The notes: generated from the sequence alone by a model not told the origin. Numbered from the whole stretch's first letter, positions 12,510 to 26,074 are shown. The stretch is DNA of 63,908 nt, filler included, from Octopus bimaculoides (GCF_001194135.2; 7 parts of 7 records of this genome joined end to end with filler, not necessarily neighbours in it); one strand, 5' to 3'. Translations and numbers: made by a program.

Positions 12510-14278
12510 GCATATATATACATGAAATTGGACAACACAATATATTAGAGGTTCAATTATTGCAGGTTATATAATATAATGTATATAGACAGAGATATAG
12601 AATTGTCTTGTTTGTTTGGGAATCCGCACATTGGACAATTCTTACATTGGAAGCATTCAAGTCATGTTGTTTGGTTTTTCTCTCTCTGAAGAGATTTATC
12701 TAAAGACAACAGTAATATTGCAACAGCATTTTAATATAATGGAAAATTATTTACTTTTCTTTTTGTTATTTTTTTTATCGAGAATAGGGGGAAGATAGGG
12801 ATTAAATTCTCGTCATCATTGTTTTTTTTTTGTAATTTTAAAGTAATTCTTTATAAAGAAGGCATAGAATCTCAATGACGTGGTTCTGGTACCAACGTTT
12901 CGTTTGAGAATTAAAGTCACAAAAAAATATGTTATTGTTTTTTTTTCGTAAAATGTTTTTTTTTTTAAGTATTTTTTTGTTTTTTAAATAATAAAAAAAT
13001 CCTATTTCATTATTTTCTTCTTCCTGCTGTTTTTCTTTTTTTTTTTTATATATATTTTTGTCAATGTTTTCACAGAATATTTCCAGGTACACTAGTTTGA
13101 AAAAATAAACGAAAAAAGGGTAAAACATGTCTTTTCTTTTCAATATATTCGTTTTTTTTATAATTATTATTTGTAATTGTTTATTATAATGTTCACTCGG
13201 TGAATTAGCGTACCTTGTTGTTTAATAAGAGGAGGGGGTGTCACAGAAGACATTTATAACAAACAATCAACTAGTGAAGAGATGGAGGAGGAAGAGGATA
13301 GATTTGGGTTAATGGTCTTTCTTTTTCCTTTTTTTGAATAATGAATAACTTAGGAAAACATCAACATCAACAAAAACAACAAGGAGCTCGGAGTATACAT
13401 TGCTTTGAGGGGAGGGACTGGAGAAGAAATAGAAACAAACAAGAAAACTAAAAACAACAAACAAGAAAAAAACAATTAAATCCGGCAGTTACTGGCCAGA
13501 TTTCAATCGAAGCTTATTTTACTTGCTTTTATTATCTATATATATTTATATCGAAATATATATATATATATTCTGATGAACCAATCAAATCCATTTATGG
13601 GAGTTACGCATGTTGTTTGTTTTTTTTCTTCTCTTTTTATCCATTTTCAATAATTACTTGTCAACTGCATTATCTCACCTGTCTGAAGTTTCTGGGGTTC
13701 TTTTTTCAACATTTCTTGCCTTTATATATTTTTGGAGGCTTAAACAAGCATCAACAGTGAAATCATATATGTATATGCACATACATACATACTTCTTGTC
13801 ATCGTTATTATTATTATTATTATTATTATTTCGGCCAAGAGGAGAAATCCCCTCATTCGTTTCTTCCCGCAAAAGAAAAAGGGTCAAAACGTCATCTTAA
13901 CCGAACAGTTTCGCTGTCAGACATTTTCATTCGTCTTCTTTTTCTATAATTATTCTATTTTTTTTCTTTTTTCGTCTCACCTCTCTATTTTTCTATTTAA
14001 CCAATAACGCAATCCAGTTCACATCTTATCCAATTCAGATTATCTAAAACTTCTAAATGTATTATATCTTCAACCTTGAATCTTCTTTAATCACTTCTGT
14101 AACCAATCATTGTCGAAGTTGTCGCATTTCTTCGTGTTGTTATTGTTGTTGCTGTTGATGTTGTAGCGAAAGAATTTGGACTGCAGATTGTACGAATGTC
14201 GTTTTCTTTTTTAAGAGGTTCGTAACATTCTATCAATGCCAGGGAAAATGGACAATCTAGATTGAATGATTCCTGTTA

Positions 14279-14672
14279 TTAAGATATTGCACAGTGTTTG
14301 CTTCGACCACGATGGCTTCTACCACTAACATTCCGACCTTCCACACGGCCACCACGTCCCATTCTACACACGGACATACCGACGTCATCGACGTAGGAAA
14401 TACGCGTCCCATAACGACTAGAACAGTCGAAAGAATAGTAGTAATCGTCAGAGTCACTGGAACTGGAGCACGTGCTGCAGTGGTCGTCTGCGTGACCGCC
14501 ATCGACGTACTTGTCACTGTTACTTGATAAGGCTGGATCTGAAGGGCTTCGTTTATATTCTCCCGTCGTTGATAATTCTCCCTGATGTGGTGGTTCACTA
14601 AAATGAACGACCATGGGCCTGCTATCGAAACTGCGACTCCGTGGGCAGCCGAGTGGCATGTGTTGTTGCTGT

Positions 14673-14710
<38 letters not shown>

Positions 14711-15907
14711 CAGCTGATACTGCTGCTGAAGGTGGCGATGTTGCTGTTGCGGTATTCCTTGCTGCTGCTGCTGTTGTTGTTGTTGTTGTTGGATTATATG
14801 CTGCCTCATTTCATATTGAATTCGCGGGTCATTCGGCCTTGATATCGGATTCATTTTCTTGTCATCAGGCAATGGGATTGACGAGTAATCTCTGGTTGGC
14901 GTCAAAGAACGTTCGTTTCGCTTGTGTTGTTGCAAAATGTCACCTTGACACGTTTTCACTGAACATTCTGTCGACGAACTGGATCTGTTATATGAAGAAA
15001 CATGATTCGATAGAATTTCTTGGTAGATATTCTCCTCCTCGGGTCGCTTGTAGTCATTATGATGCTGTGGATTATCGAGATTTCGTTCAGAGCCGTGTCG
15101 ACCTCTGTTCCAGTTATTGAACGCAGCTCTCCTCTCGGTTTCCGGTGAACCTGGCATATCTTTCGTTAAGTCTGGCATTGAGAACTGAGACAAACGGTTT
15201 TTTCTCCTGAGCTCCTTACAAACAGGTACCGAGTCCACAAAACCGTTTCGAGTAAAATCGTAATCAAATATATCTGTTTCGTCTTTGTGAGGTGTAACTG
15301 GTCGGACATAATCGAACCCGCTGAGCGGGGCATATACCTCGCTATTGCTGCTTGTCGCGTAGCCCTGGTCGCGGTCGGATGAGACGCAGCTGTCCAACGT
15401 ACATTGTTGCTGGAAGTCACTGGTCAATGGAGGTTCCAGTGATGCATCATGGATGGACAGCGACATTTGGTGTTGGGCTGGAGGGGAATGGGGCAAGGCA
15501 TAACTCTGGAGATTTAAATCATGAAAATAGTCTTCGGGTCTCCTGGGTGTCTGGGTCTGCATTGACCCCGCACGGCTGCACGACGCAGAGCAATATATAA
15601 CGCCATGTTTCGGTAAATATCGTTGTCCCAGTAATGACTTTTGACACGTGTGACACTTAAAGCATTGAGGAAGAGCATGCCAATGCTGGCCTTCATACAT
15701 TATCTGATCCTCTTCAGTACTAATACTATCTCCACACGTATCACAATAGCGGGTATACATCCTATCAAAGCAGTCGCAGCAATAGGGACGGCCTTCTCGC
15801 ATGAAGTAACGTGTTCCACCCAACTGAAAATCACATTCAAAACAACAGAAGTGTTTCATGTGCCAGCTTCGACCTTCTGCTTCTGTACATTCATCGGCAA
15901 AAATGAT
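14279..15907 (-). CDS. prickle: Prickle-family planar-cell-polarity protein, terminal coding exon (LIM2, LIM3, C-terminal tail, CaaX)
   Basis: Acceptor TTTCTTTTCAG (AG at 15909-15908), then [26 protein letters not shown]...[20 protein letters not shown]...GQHWHA..CFKC..C.KSLLG..YLPK.G.IYCS, diagnostic of Prickle. Also [13 protein letters not shown] and C-terminal CAIS* prenylation motif; stop TAA at 14281-14279. Confidence 0.95.
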
Positions 15908-16499
15908 CTGAAAAGAAATAAAAGCAGAAATAGGAATAAGAGAGGAGCTCTAAGAATATACATCATGTTAATTCTATATTTCACTTTCTAACTGTGTGTG
16001 TGTGTGTGTTTGTGTGTAGAAACGGTGGGAGATTAAGTACACAATACCCAGAAATAGAGCATAAATATGTAAATTGGTCAAATTACTGCAAACTGACTAG
16101 AAATGACGATTTGCACAGAACGTCACAACGTCCGTATCTTTAGGCAGCCATTTCAATGAGAGAATATACAACGACAAATATTTACTATGACAAAATGGCC
16201 GAAGGAACATAAATTAACGATTGGACAGCAATGAGATCGCTTTAACGTGACATTTATAAAGGAGAAGATAGTTTACACACACGAGAATTTAGATTATTGA
16301 GAATCAAGGAGAGATAAGTCTCACAGGTAGCAGTGGTGTAGTATTAGGTTAAACATACGAGCAAATGACATAAACGCTTGGACATACTTCCACTCGTGCG
16401 CACGCACCCACAATACTCGGTGCATATATAAATACGTACATATATACGTTATACTGTAATAAACACATTCACCGCTCTTTGTGGGTAATCATCAAATTC

Positions 16500-16950
16500 C
16501 CTTAACTGATGCAACCAGTCGATGGGGTGCCTCCCTTGACGCTTTTATGGTCAGCCGTCGCCACTGGTCACTGTCCTCTACCATACGTAGCAGGATCACG
16601 ATGATATGAACTCTCCAGTCTTTGATGTTGCCAGACCAGGATTGTCTCCACTTCTCTTACACTCTCCCTTAATTCTTATCGTGGCGAGATATGTGGCCGC
16701 ACAAGGCAAGCTTTTATCTTTTTACCTGCGCAAAGAGTGGATCCTGTCCGCCAGCGTGTTTCTTGACTGCTTGACTAAGCAGTTCGTTTTGTGTTCTGTG
16801 TACGGGATACATAGCAACCATTGGAAGCACTTCTGGGTGTTCGGGTAGAGAGGATACCTTAATTGCAGGTAGCAGTATCTTTAGGGATGGACGTATACTT
16901 CTGGTTTTCACCTGACACTCATTTTTGGCTTTGAGGACCATTCTCAGTCA
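16500..16950 (-). mobile_element. RTE-clade LINE C-terminal fragment
   Basis: KKHAGGQDPLFAQVKR*KLALCGHISRHD...SWSGNIKDW...LLRMVEDSDQWRRL, a typical RTE C-terminus. Confidence 0.75.
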
Positions 16951-17697
16951 CACCTTACTAATTGCTTCTGCTGGTAGACTAAGCTTAGTGAGAAACCGAA
17001 CGCTTGGAGAGGAGATGGGCACCGCCAAGCATTTGTAAGTCCAACCGAAATGCCAGAATAGACACACAGACATTTGTGGATTATTTACACACTGTAAATA
17101 AATAAATACATAAAATGTGCGTTCGCCAATCGATGAGAAAGGAATCTCTTTGTGTATATCTTAGCGTACGTACATATTCACACCCCGTCACACGTCTCCT
17201 GGCGTTCACTCACATACACGTTCCTAATGTGTTCCTACACACACACACACACACATAAAGTGAAACTTGGGGCTCAGTCAAACGTTCATATCTGGATTGG
17301 TTGACTTTGTAACACTAGCACCAGCATAGTTTTTGACCACATGACTAAACGTTCTACGCAAACACCCAAACGCCCGCCCGCGCATATATACATGTTGTAT
17401 GACGTACTCTGCATGCCTTGGTACAGATTCATAAGGCGAAACGGAAAAAAGCAGGAGGGTGTTTCTAAAACGGGTGAAGGATCAGTGGTGGTGGTGGAGG
17501 GGGGGAGGAAGGATGCAGTAGAAATTATGAATTCGTACCAATTAACAGAGTTAATAAGGAATAATTAGTCAGCAATGTGTGTAAACATAATTATATAGAC
17601 ACGTGTTCACGTGGCTGTTCACGCCTACACACAGGACGACACATCATGCAATCTCTCACCATCCCCTCTTTCTTTCTCTCTCTTTTTCTATACGTGT

Positions 17698-17749
<52 letters not shown>

Positions 17750-17758
17750 CAGGTATAT

Positions 17759-17870
17759 TCTTTTACTTGTTTCAGTAATTTGACCGCGGCCATGCTGGGG
17801 CACCGCCTTTAGTCGAACAAATCGATCCCACAACTTATTCTTTGTAAGCCTAGTACTTATTCTATCGGTT
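17759..17870 (-). mobile_element. SINE family B, 3' fragment
   Basis: Reverse complement of the family tail CGACTAAAGGCGGTGCCCCAGCATGGCCGCGGTCAAAT.ACTGAAACAAGTAAAA. Confidence 0.8.
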
Positions 17871-17872
17871 GT

Positions 17873-18173
17873 CAAGTGCCTTCTTTTATAGCCTCGAGTC
17901 GACCAAAGTGGATTTGGTAGACGGAAACCGAAAGAAGCCCGTCGTATGCGCGTGTGTGCCTTTGTATCTGTTTGTTCTTCACCGCCACTCGGCAACCGGT
18001 GTTGCTGTGTTTACGTCCCACTAACATTAGCGGTTCGACAAAAAATATCGAATGAGTAAGTACCGGGCTTAAAAATGAATAAACATTGGTGCCGATCCGT
18101 TCGACTAAAATTCTTCAAGATGGTGCCCCAGCATGGCCGCAGTCTAATGACTGAAGCAAGGAAAAGAATAAAA
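17873..18173 (+). mobile_element. SINE family B, 5'-truncated copy
   Basis: GGATTTGGTAGACGGAAAC.GAAAGAAGCCCGTCG body plus GGTGCCCCAGCATGGCCGCAGTC tail. Confidence 0.8.
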
Positions 18174-18389
18174 TATAAGCACACACACACAGATGTGTCT
18201 GTCTGTCTGTCTGCATGTATGTGCGCGCGCGCATGTGTGTATACAGACATTCGGTGTTTATCTCCCAACACCTTTTTAGCAATCATCATCGTCGTCATCG
18301 CCATCATCAGCAACACTTTACACACCATCCCATGACGAGTTACCGTGTCCCTCCCACCACCCCTCTCCCCTCTCCATTAACATAATTTA

Positions 18390-18420
<31 letters not shown>

Positions 18421-18864
18421 AGTTTCCCGTTGCTGTCTTCATCAAACGATTTTCGCTTCACACTCGATTACATCAGAAGAATGCGTTGCACTAAATGCTA
18501 AAGTCAGATCTACTTAGAAAGAAGGTGTGTGTGTGGGGGGAGAGGCAACAATATGTGTGCATGTGTTGTGTGTGTGTCTGTGTGTGCGCGCACGCGCGCG
18601 TGTGTATGTATAAACATACGCAAGGGCCCATTAGTCTATTTTAGTTCTAACTGAAATTGTGGAATTACTACATCAATGATATAATCTGAAATATGACAGC
18701 AGAGTGTAATGACTAAAATATATTAATACACTAATTACTTTTCGAGTTCGGAAAGATAAGAAATAAAAAGTCTCTGTTGTATAGGAGAGATAACATCGCA
18801 CGGTGTGTGAGTGTATATATACACACACACACATGCACCTCCATATATGTATATACACGTATCA

Positions 18865-18908
<44 letters not shown>

Positions 18909-18913
18909 GTGTG

Positions 18914-18947
<34 letters not shown>

Positions 18948-19117
18948 AGTGAGTGAGTGCGTATCCCTTTTCGTCTCTCTCTCTCTCTCTTTCTCACCCC
19001 GTGCGTGTGGGTGCATGTGTTTGTCTAAATAAACACACGTGATATAAACATATCCATTCATTACTTCTCGCGCATATTCAGACATTTATACATCTGTGTT
19101 TGAGATAGATAGGTAGG

Positions 19118-19162
<45 letters not shown>

Positions 19163-19163
19163 A

Positions 19164-19253
<90 letters not shown>

Positions 19254-19411
19254 ATACGTTTCTTGTCAAGGATGAGAAACTCCCGAGGCAAGGCCGACTG
19301 TAGAAAATTACTCAACTTCTGATGTCAGTAAAAACTGATCTCAGCTGTACTAATTAGAGACAGAGAATGAGGAGGGGTGGGGAATATGCGTATATAAATA
19401 CCTATAAATAC

Positions 19412-19741
19412 AGACGTGGCTGTGCGGTAAGAAGCTTGCTTCCCAACCATATGGGTCCAGGTTCAGTCCCACTGCGTGGAGCCTTGGTCAAGTATCTTCT
19501 ACTGTAGCCTCGGGCTGACCAAAGCCTTGTGAGTGGATTTGGTAGACGGAATCTGAAAGAAGCCCGTCGCATATATATATATATATATATATATGCGTGT
19601 GTGTATGCTTGTCCTCTGCCGCCACTTGACAAACGCTGTTGGTGTGTTTACATCCCCGTATCTTACCGTCAAAAAGAGACCGATAAAATCAGTAGAAGGC
19701 TTCAAAGAAAGACGTACTACGATCGATTCGTTCGACTAGAA
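19412..19741 (+). mobile_element. SINE family B (tRNA head, CORE-like CCTTGG.CAAGT block, internal TA/TG microsatellite)
   Basis: GTGGCTGTGCGGTAAGAAGCTTGCTTCCCAACCA...GGTTCAGTCCCACTGCGTGG..CCTTGGTCAAGT...; the tail is truncated. Resemblance to octopus CORE-SINEs is inference. Confidence 0.85.
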
Positions 19742-20395
19742 CTGATCGATCCTCCTGACCGCCCGCTATGAACATCGAGCAGTTATGAGGAACTCTTTGC
19801 AAAGTCAGGACTCACAGAAACATGTAAACGGCACAGAGAAACATCTCGCTGTCCCGGAGGTTGTACATACTGTGTTCATGCGAGAAAATTCCAGAAATAT
19901 TCAGGAATATTCTTTTCGTTTAATAATCATAGACACAAGCCATAGAACCATCTAATTTCATTCGATAAAGCCTTACTTTATACGAATAACAAAGTGCAAC
20001 GTTACGTACAAGCAGGCCAAGTTGAAATATACTCACATACACACACACACATATGATGTAAACACATATGATGTGTGTGTGTGAGAGAGTGTGCATGAGT
20101 TTGGGTATTTGAGGGTAGACGCGGGCACGACAAAGCTTGCTATAAGTTCGCGTATTCCCCCCGCCCCGACACACTGTGAAGCACGTTAAAGATCTTTGTT
20201 TTAGAGTCTCTGGAAAACCTAAGCTTTGTGGTTGAAATTGGGCAGCGGGAAACTGTAGAGAATCCCTGTCGGATGGATGGTACATGGAGTTGAAAGATAC
20301 AGCCTGGCTACTCCTTGCGTAACATTGTATCTACCTAACAATTGTGTTTAGGAGCCTTTTATATGCTAAGTACAAGAACATGGATGCGTCTGCGA

Positions 20396-20456
<61 letters not shown>

Positions 20457-20611
20457 NNNNNNNNNNNNNNNNNNNNNNNNNNNNNNNNNNNNNNNNNNNN
20501 NNNNNNNNNNNNNNNNNNNNNNNNNNNNNNNNNNNNNNNNNATATATATACATATATATATATACATATACATATATATATATATATATACTTATGTACA
20601 TACACACATGC

Positions 20612-20642
<31 letters not shown>

Positions 20643-21103
20643 TATATACATACATATACACAGGCATATATACATATATATATACACACACACACATACA
20701 TGCATATAGACACCCACCGATACACACACACACACACACACATATATATGTATGTATGCATGTATGGGATAAAGGCTCTATTAGAAGTCCTGTGAATACA
20801 CATGCCTACACTCAAGTGCAACTGCAGTCACACTCAAGATTTCACTCATTTAATTTCACGTCTTAGATTAAACGAAGGGAAAAAAAGATACTTGACAGAG
20901 ATAGAGACTCTTAGAAGAACCCAACCCAAATCTCTGGATCAACGTGAGTCGAGTGTTTACTCACTTAGTAATATGCTTATTGCATTAGGTAAGTATCAAA
21001 GTAAACGAGCTTCTTGTTGCTATGCTCGTTGCTATGAAAAAAACCAAAATTCACAATAAGAGAGAAAGAAATATTATCACCGCTTCCTCTTCGCCCATCT
21101 CCT

Positions 21104-21729
21104 CCTTTTTTTTTTTTTTTTACTGAAAATGTTCGTTAGAAATAACATAAGCAATCTTGTATTTTCTCAACAATCAGTAACTCCCAAGACAACACCCGTC
21201 TTCGCCAAATTACTAAACCCAAATTTGAATCTAAGCAAAACATACAGCGTGCTTAATCTAACACCTCCCAAATAATGATTATGATGAGGAGAAAGATAAG
21301 AAGAGATACCACCACCACCACCACCACCACCACCACCACNNNNNNNNNNNNNNNNNNNNNNNNNNNNNNNNNNNNNNNNNNNNNNNNNNNNNNNNNNNNN
21401 NNNNNNNNNNNNNNNNNNNNNNNNNNNNNNNNNNNNNNNNNNNNNNNNNNNNNNNNNNNNNNNNNNNNNNNNNNNNNNNNNNNNNNNNNNNNNCCTTTTT
21501 TTTTTTTTTTTACTGAAAATGTTCGTTAGAAATAACATAAGCAATCTTGTATTTTCTCAACAATCAGTAACTCCCAAGACAACACCCGTCTTCGCCAAAT
21601 TACTAAACCCAAATTTGAATCTAAGCAAAACATACAGCGTGCTTAATCTAACACCTCCCAAATAATGATTATGATGAGGAGAAAGATAAGAAGAGATACC
21701 ACCACCACCACCACCACCACCACCACCAC
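21104..21729 (+). repeat. Near-identical ~235-bp direct duplication flanking an N gap
   Basis: 21104-21339 is repeated at 21494-21729 on either side of the Ns; probably unmerged contig overlap. Confidence 0.85.
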
Positions 21730-22194
21730 TACTACTACTACTACTACAATTATCACCCTCATTACTACTACCACTACTGCTACTGCTGCAACGCCTATTG
21801 CAAACTATTATTGAAAACACACACACACACAGACACCACAACTAATAATAGAAATTCAGATTAGAAGTATTAGGTTTAGGTCAGAAAGAGACAAAAAAGT
21901 GTTTAAGGAAAAATTTTAAGTTTGGATTAAATGTCCTACATCGAAGAAAAACGGAGAGTGAGAGAATGAGTTTTTGTGTCGATGTTTTGTGTTCCATTGA
22001 CGCCATGTTGGAAAGAGAACAGGAAGTGAGACAGAAAGGAAAATGAATTTTGACGAGGAGAACAAAAGTTCAGGGAAGTCATTGGTGAGTGGCAATCTGT
22101 GTTTGTATATGCTTACAGAACCACGGATAAGTCACTCTTTAACATATCTATCTACCTATCTATACCTATCTGTGTGTGTGTATGTTTGTATAAT

Positions 22195-22550
22195 CAGGTG
22201 CGAAAGTAAAGAAGTTTGCTTTCAAACTATGATATGCCGGGTTTAATTCCACTGCTTGGTATCTTGGTCAAGCGTTCTAGTACAGCCTCGAATCGACTCT
22301 AACCTCGTGTGGGAAATTCCAGAAGCAACAGACCGCTGGAATCGCAACTGGAGATCAAATGTAGAGTCTTGTCCCACACTGTATCACAGAGTTTCTGCCT
22401 AAGAATTACGCAAAGGGAAAACAGGTCTGAAGAATGTTCAGCTACCTAGTTCTATACATCGAACAATTGGCACACTAATCGCCGAAATCAAAAGATCGTA
22501 TGCTTTCTATATATATATANNNNNNNNNNNNNNNNNNNNNNNNNNNNNNN

Positions 22551-22600
<50 letters not shown>

Positions 22601-22780
22601 CTTTGTTGCCTGAGTGTGCCCCACTCCACTGCTTTAAAAGCGGTTCGGCAAAAGATGACGATAGAATAAGTACCAGGCTTAAACAAGAAGTACCGAAGTC
22701 GATTCGTTCAACTAAAATTCTTCAACGCGGTGCCCCAGCATGGCCACAATCTAATTACTGAAACAAGTAAAAGAAGACTA
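22195..22780 (+). mobile_element. SINE family B pieces (diverged head 22195-22310, tail 22590-22780)
   Basis: Head resembles GTAAGAAGCTTGCTT...CTTGGTCAAG; tail reads GCGGTTCGGCAAAAG...GGTGCCCCAGCATGGCCAC...CTGAAACAAGTAAAAGA. Confidence 0.65.
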
Positions 22781-23306
22781 CACACACGCACACACATGTA
22801 TTTACAGATATATTTTCTCACGTACATCATTATGTAAACAAGTGTTTCGATATATGATAATTGCTGAACGCTCACCATCTTGAAATAGTTGAAAGTGAAA
22901 TACAGAAGTTCTTATGAGAATTGGAAATGTCTAAGGCAAAATTCCCTTCCGTTTTTGATAAATGAAAATCTTTAGAAATTGCTTCTGCCAAATGTTGATT
23001 GTTCTGTTATATTTATTGCATTTTTTTTCTTTCTTACTCTTCTTTTTATACACAAACTAGAATTGGCAAATTAAGGTCACGTATTCGAAACTGTACGTAC
23101 GATTATGGTGGTATGTAGAACTGCAGAGATAATTCTGTCACCTTTTCTACATACATATATATACACACACACATGCATAAAGCTTCTTTGTAAGTAATTT
23201 AATTCAAATACATCTGTCCACAGACGTAATTAAAGGCAGGTATACATTCATACAAATATTCAGGTTAGCACAAACACTCTCATACGCGCACACTACACAC
23301 ACACAC

Positions 23307-23338
<32 letters not shown>

Positions 23339-23418
23339 ATCTATCTATCTATCTATCTCTTTATTTGTTTATCTATCTATCACTAACTATTTATCACTGT
23401 ATCTATCTATGTATCATC

Positions 23419-23459
<41 letters not shown>

Positions 23460-24215
23460 ATATATATATATATATANNNNNNNNNNNNNNNNNNNNNNNN
23501 NNNNNNNNNNNNNNNNNNNNNNNNNNNNNNNNNNNNNNNNNNNNNNNNNNNNNNNNNNNNNNNNNNNNNNNNNNNNNNNNNNNNNNNNNNNNNNNNNNNN
23601 NNNNNNNNNNNNNNNNNNNNNNNNNNNNNNNNNNNNNNNNNNNNNNNNNNNNNNNNNNNNNNNNNNNNNNNNNNNNNNNNNNNNNNNNNNNNNNNNNNNN
23701 NNNNNNNNNNNNNNNNNNNNNNNNNNNNNNNNNNNNNNNNNNNNNNNNNNNNNNNNNNNNNNNNNNNNNNNNNNNNNNNNNNNNNNNNNNNNNNNNNNNN
23801 NNNNNNNNNNNNNNNNNNNNNNNNNNNNNNNNNNNNNNNNNNNNNNNNNNNNNNNNNNNNNNNNNNNNNNNNNNNNNNNNNNNNNNNNNNNNNNNNNNNN
23901 NNNNNNNNNNNNNNNNNNNNNNNNNNNNNNNNNNNNNNNNNNNNNNNNNNNNNNNNNNNNNNNNNNNNNNNNNNNNNNNNNNNNNNNNNNNNNNNNNNNN
24001 NNNNNNNNNNNNNNNNNNNNNNNNNNNNNNNNNNNNNNNNNNNNNNNNNNNNNNNNNNNNNNNNNNNNNNNNNNNNNNNNNNNNNNNNNNNNNNNNNNNN
24101 NNNNNNNNNNNNNNNNNNNNNNNNNNNNNNNNNNNNNNGGGGGGAAGAGACCATAGCACTTTCATTTTTTAATCTAAGGAACATCTTGTCAGACTGACTT
24201 GTGTTACAACACACG

Positions 24216-24545
24216 TTCTTTTACTTGTTTCAATCATTTAACTGCAGCCATGCTGGAGCATCCCTTTAGTCGAACAAATCGACCACCAGGACTTATTCTT
24301 TATGAAGCTAGTACTTATTCTATCGGTTTATTATGCCGAACCGCTAAGTTACGGGGATGTAAACACACCAACATTGGTTGTCAAGTGATGGTGGATACAC
24401 ACACACACACACATATACGACGGGCTTCTTTCAGTTTCCGTCTACCAAATCCACTCACAAGGCTTTGGTCGGCCCGAGGCGATAGTAGAAGACACTTGTC
24501 CAAAGTGCCACGCAGTGGAACTGAACCCGGAACCATGTGGTTAGT
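24216..24545 (-). mobile_element. SINE family B, nearly full length
   Basis: Reverse complement of the head (CCACATGGTTCCGGGTTCAGTTCCACTGCGTGGCAC), body and tail. Confidence 0.85.
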
Positions 24546-24810
24546 CAGGACTCTGGTCTTTCGTAGTCCCTGCGAGCAGAGAATTTCCAAAATTTGCATG
24601 AAGAAGTACTGATCTCAAAGCATTGTATCTTAGGAAAATCTCATTTTTTATTTGTTTGAATGAAATTAGGAAGATGGAAGCAGACAGACAAACCGCTAGA
24701 CTGACAGATAAATAGATAGATAGATAGATAGCTAGATAGACAGACAGACAGAGGGGTGGATAGATAGATAGATAGCTAGCTAGCTAGATAGACAGACAGA
24801 CAGAGGGGTG

Positions 24811-24841
<31 letters not shown>

Positions 24842-25130
24842 GGACGGATGGAAGGACAGGCAGACAGACAGAGTTCTTTATTACTTTATATAAAAACCTG
24901 TCCGTTCATTAGGACATTGTCTCTCGAGTTAGCTGTGAGCGATATACAATAATCAAATTCAGAAACAGTTCATTTAATAAATGCCTTTAGCTGCGAGGAA
25001 ACTGAGGGAAGCAGCTGTGAAATTTTACATCATAACACCCACACACACTCTCACATTCTTCCTATAAAACTTGTCTTTAGTTGTTGGCACAAAAAGTAAC
25101 TACATTTAAAAACGAAAGTGATAACTGTTA

Positions 25131-25244
<114 letters not shown>

Positions 25245-25307
25245 GAAAGAGAGAGAGATCTATCCTTTCAGGCTATAATCAACTTCTTCGGCTTGAAAAT
25301 CAAATAA

Positions 25308-25746
25308 TAATTCCTTCCACTTTAGGCACAGGGCCAGAAATTTTGAGGGGAGGGGGCTTGTCAATAACATCGACCTTAGGGATCAACTGGTACTTATTTT
25401 ATCAACCCCGAACGGATGAAAGGCAAAGTCGACCTTCGCGGTATTGTAGAACTCAGAATGTAAAGCCGGACGAAATACCGCTGAGCATTTTCTCCGGCGT
25501 GCTAACGTTTCTTATTTCTTTATTGCCCACAAGGGGCTAAACATAGAGGGGACAAACAAGGACAGACAAAGGGATTAAGTCGATTACATCGACCCCAGTG
25601 CGTAACTGGTACTTAATTTATCGACCCCAAAAGGATGAAAGGCAAAGTCGACCTCGGCGGAATTTGAACTCAAAACTTAACGGCAAACAAAATACCGCTA
25701 AGCATTTCGTCCGGCGCGCTGACGATTCTGCCAGCTCGCCGCCTTA
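25308..25746 (-). mobile_element. SINE family A, head-to-tail dimer
   Basis: Minus strand: GGCGGCGAGCTGGCAGAATCG...core...tail 1 (TTTAGCCCCTTGTGGGCAATAAAGAAATAA), then a second monomer starting at ACGTTAGCACGCCGG...core...tail 2 (AAATTTCTGGCCCTGTGCCTAAA). Confidence 0.85.
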
Positions 25747-26074
25747 ATAATAATCCTGATGATGATGATTTATTTTCCCCAGGGGCAAAAGATGAGAGAG
25801 GCATTACAAGGACCGTTTACAATTTGTGCGGGGGGTTTACATTAAAGATGAGGGGGACAAAGAAGAGGGGGGGAGGCTAAAATACAAAGTATACAAAACA
25901 TGCGGACACATTTGTGTTACGAAGCAGCGGAACCTCCAACAAAGACCAATCAAAGAACCCCACAGATTTAGGATTATCCTGGTCACCAAGGGCACAAGCT
26001 GTCGTTCAAATGTTGCTCTCCAATCTACAGGAGTAAATAACAACAACAACAATAATAATAACAGCGGAGTCACA

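Noticed and set aside
14257-15600. Plus-strand and alternate-frame ORFs overlapping the prickle terminal exon
   Set aside because: Shadow frames of a GC-richer coding exon with CAG/CAA repeats; no recognisable protein.
21104-21729. Apparent recent tandem duplication
   Set aside because: The identical copies directly flank a gap. The same pattern occurs at 57294-57392, 62445-62530 and 63295-63571, so these are unmerged contig overlaps.
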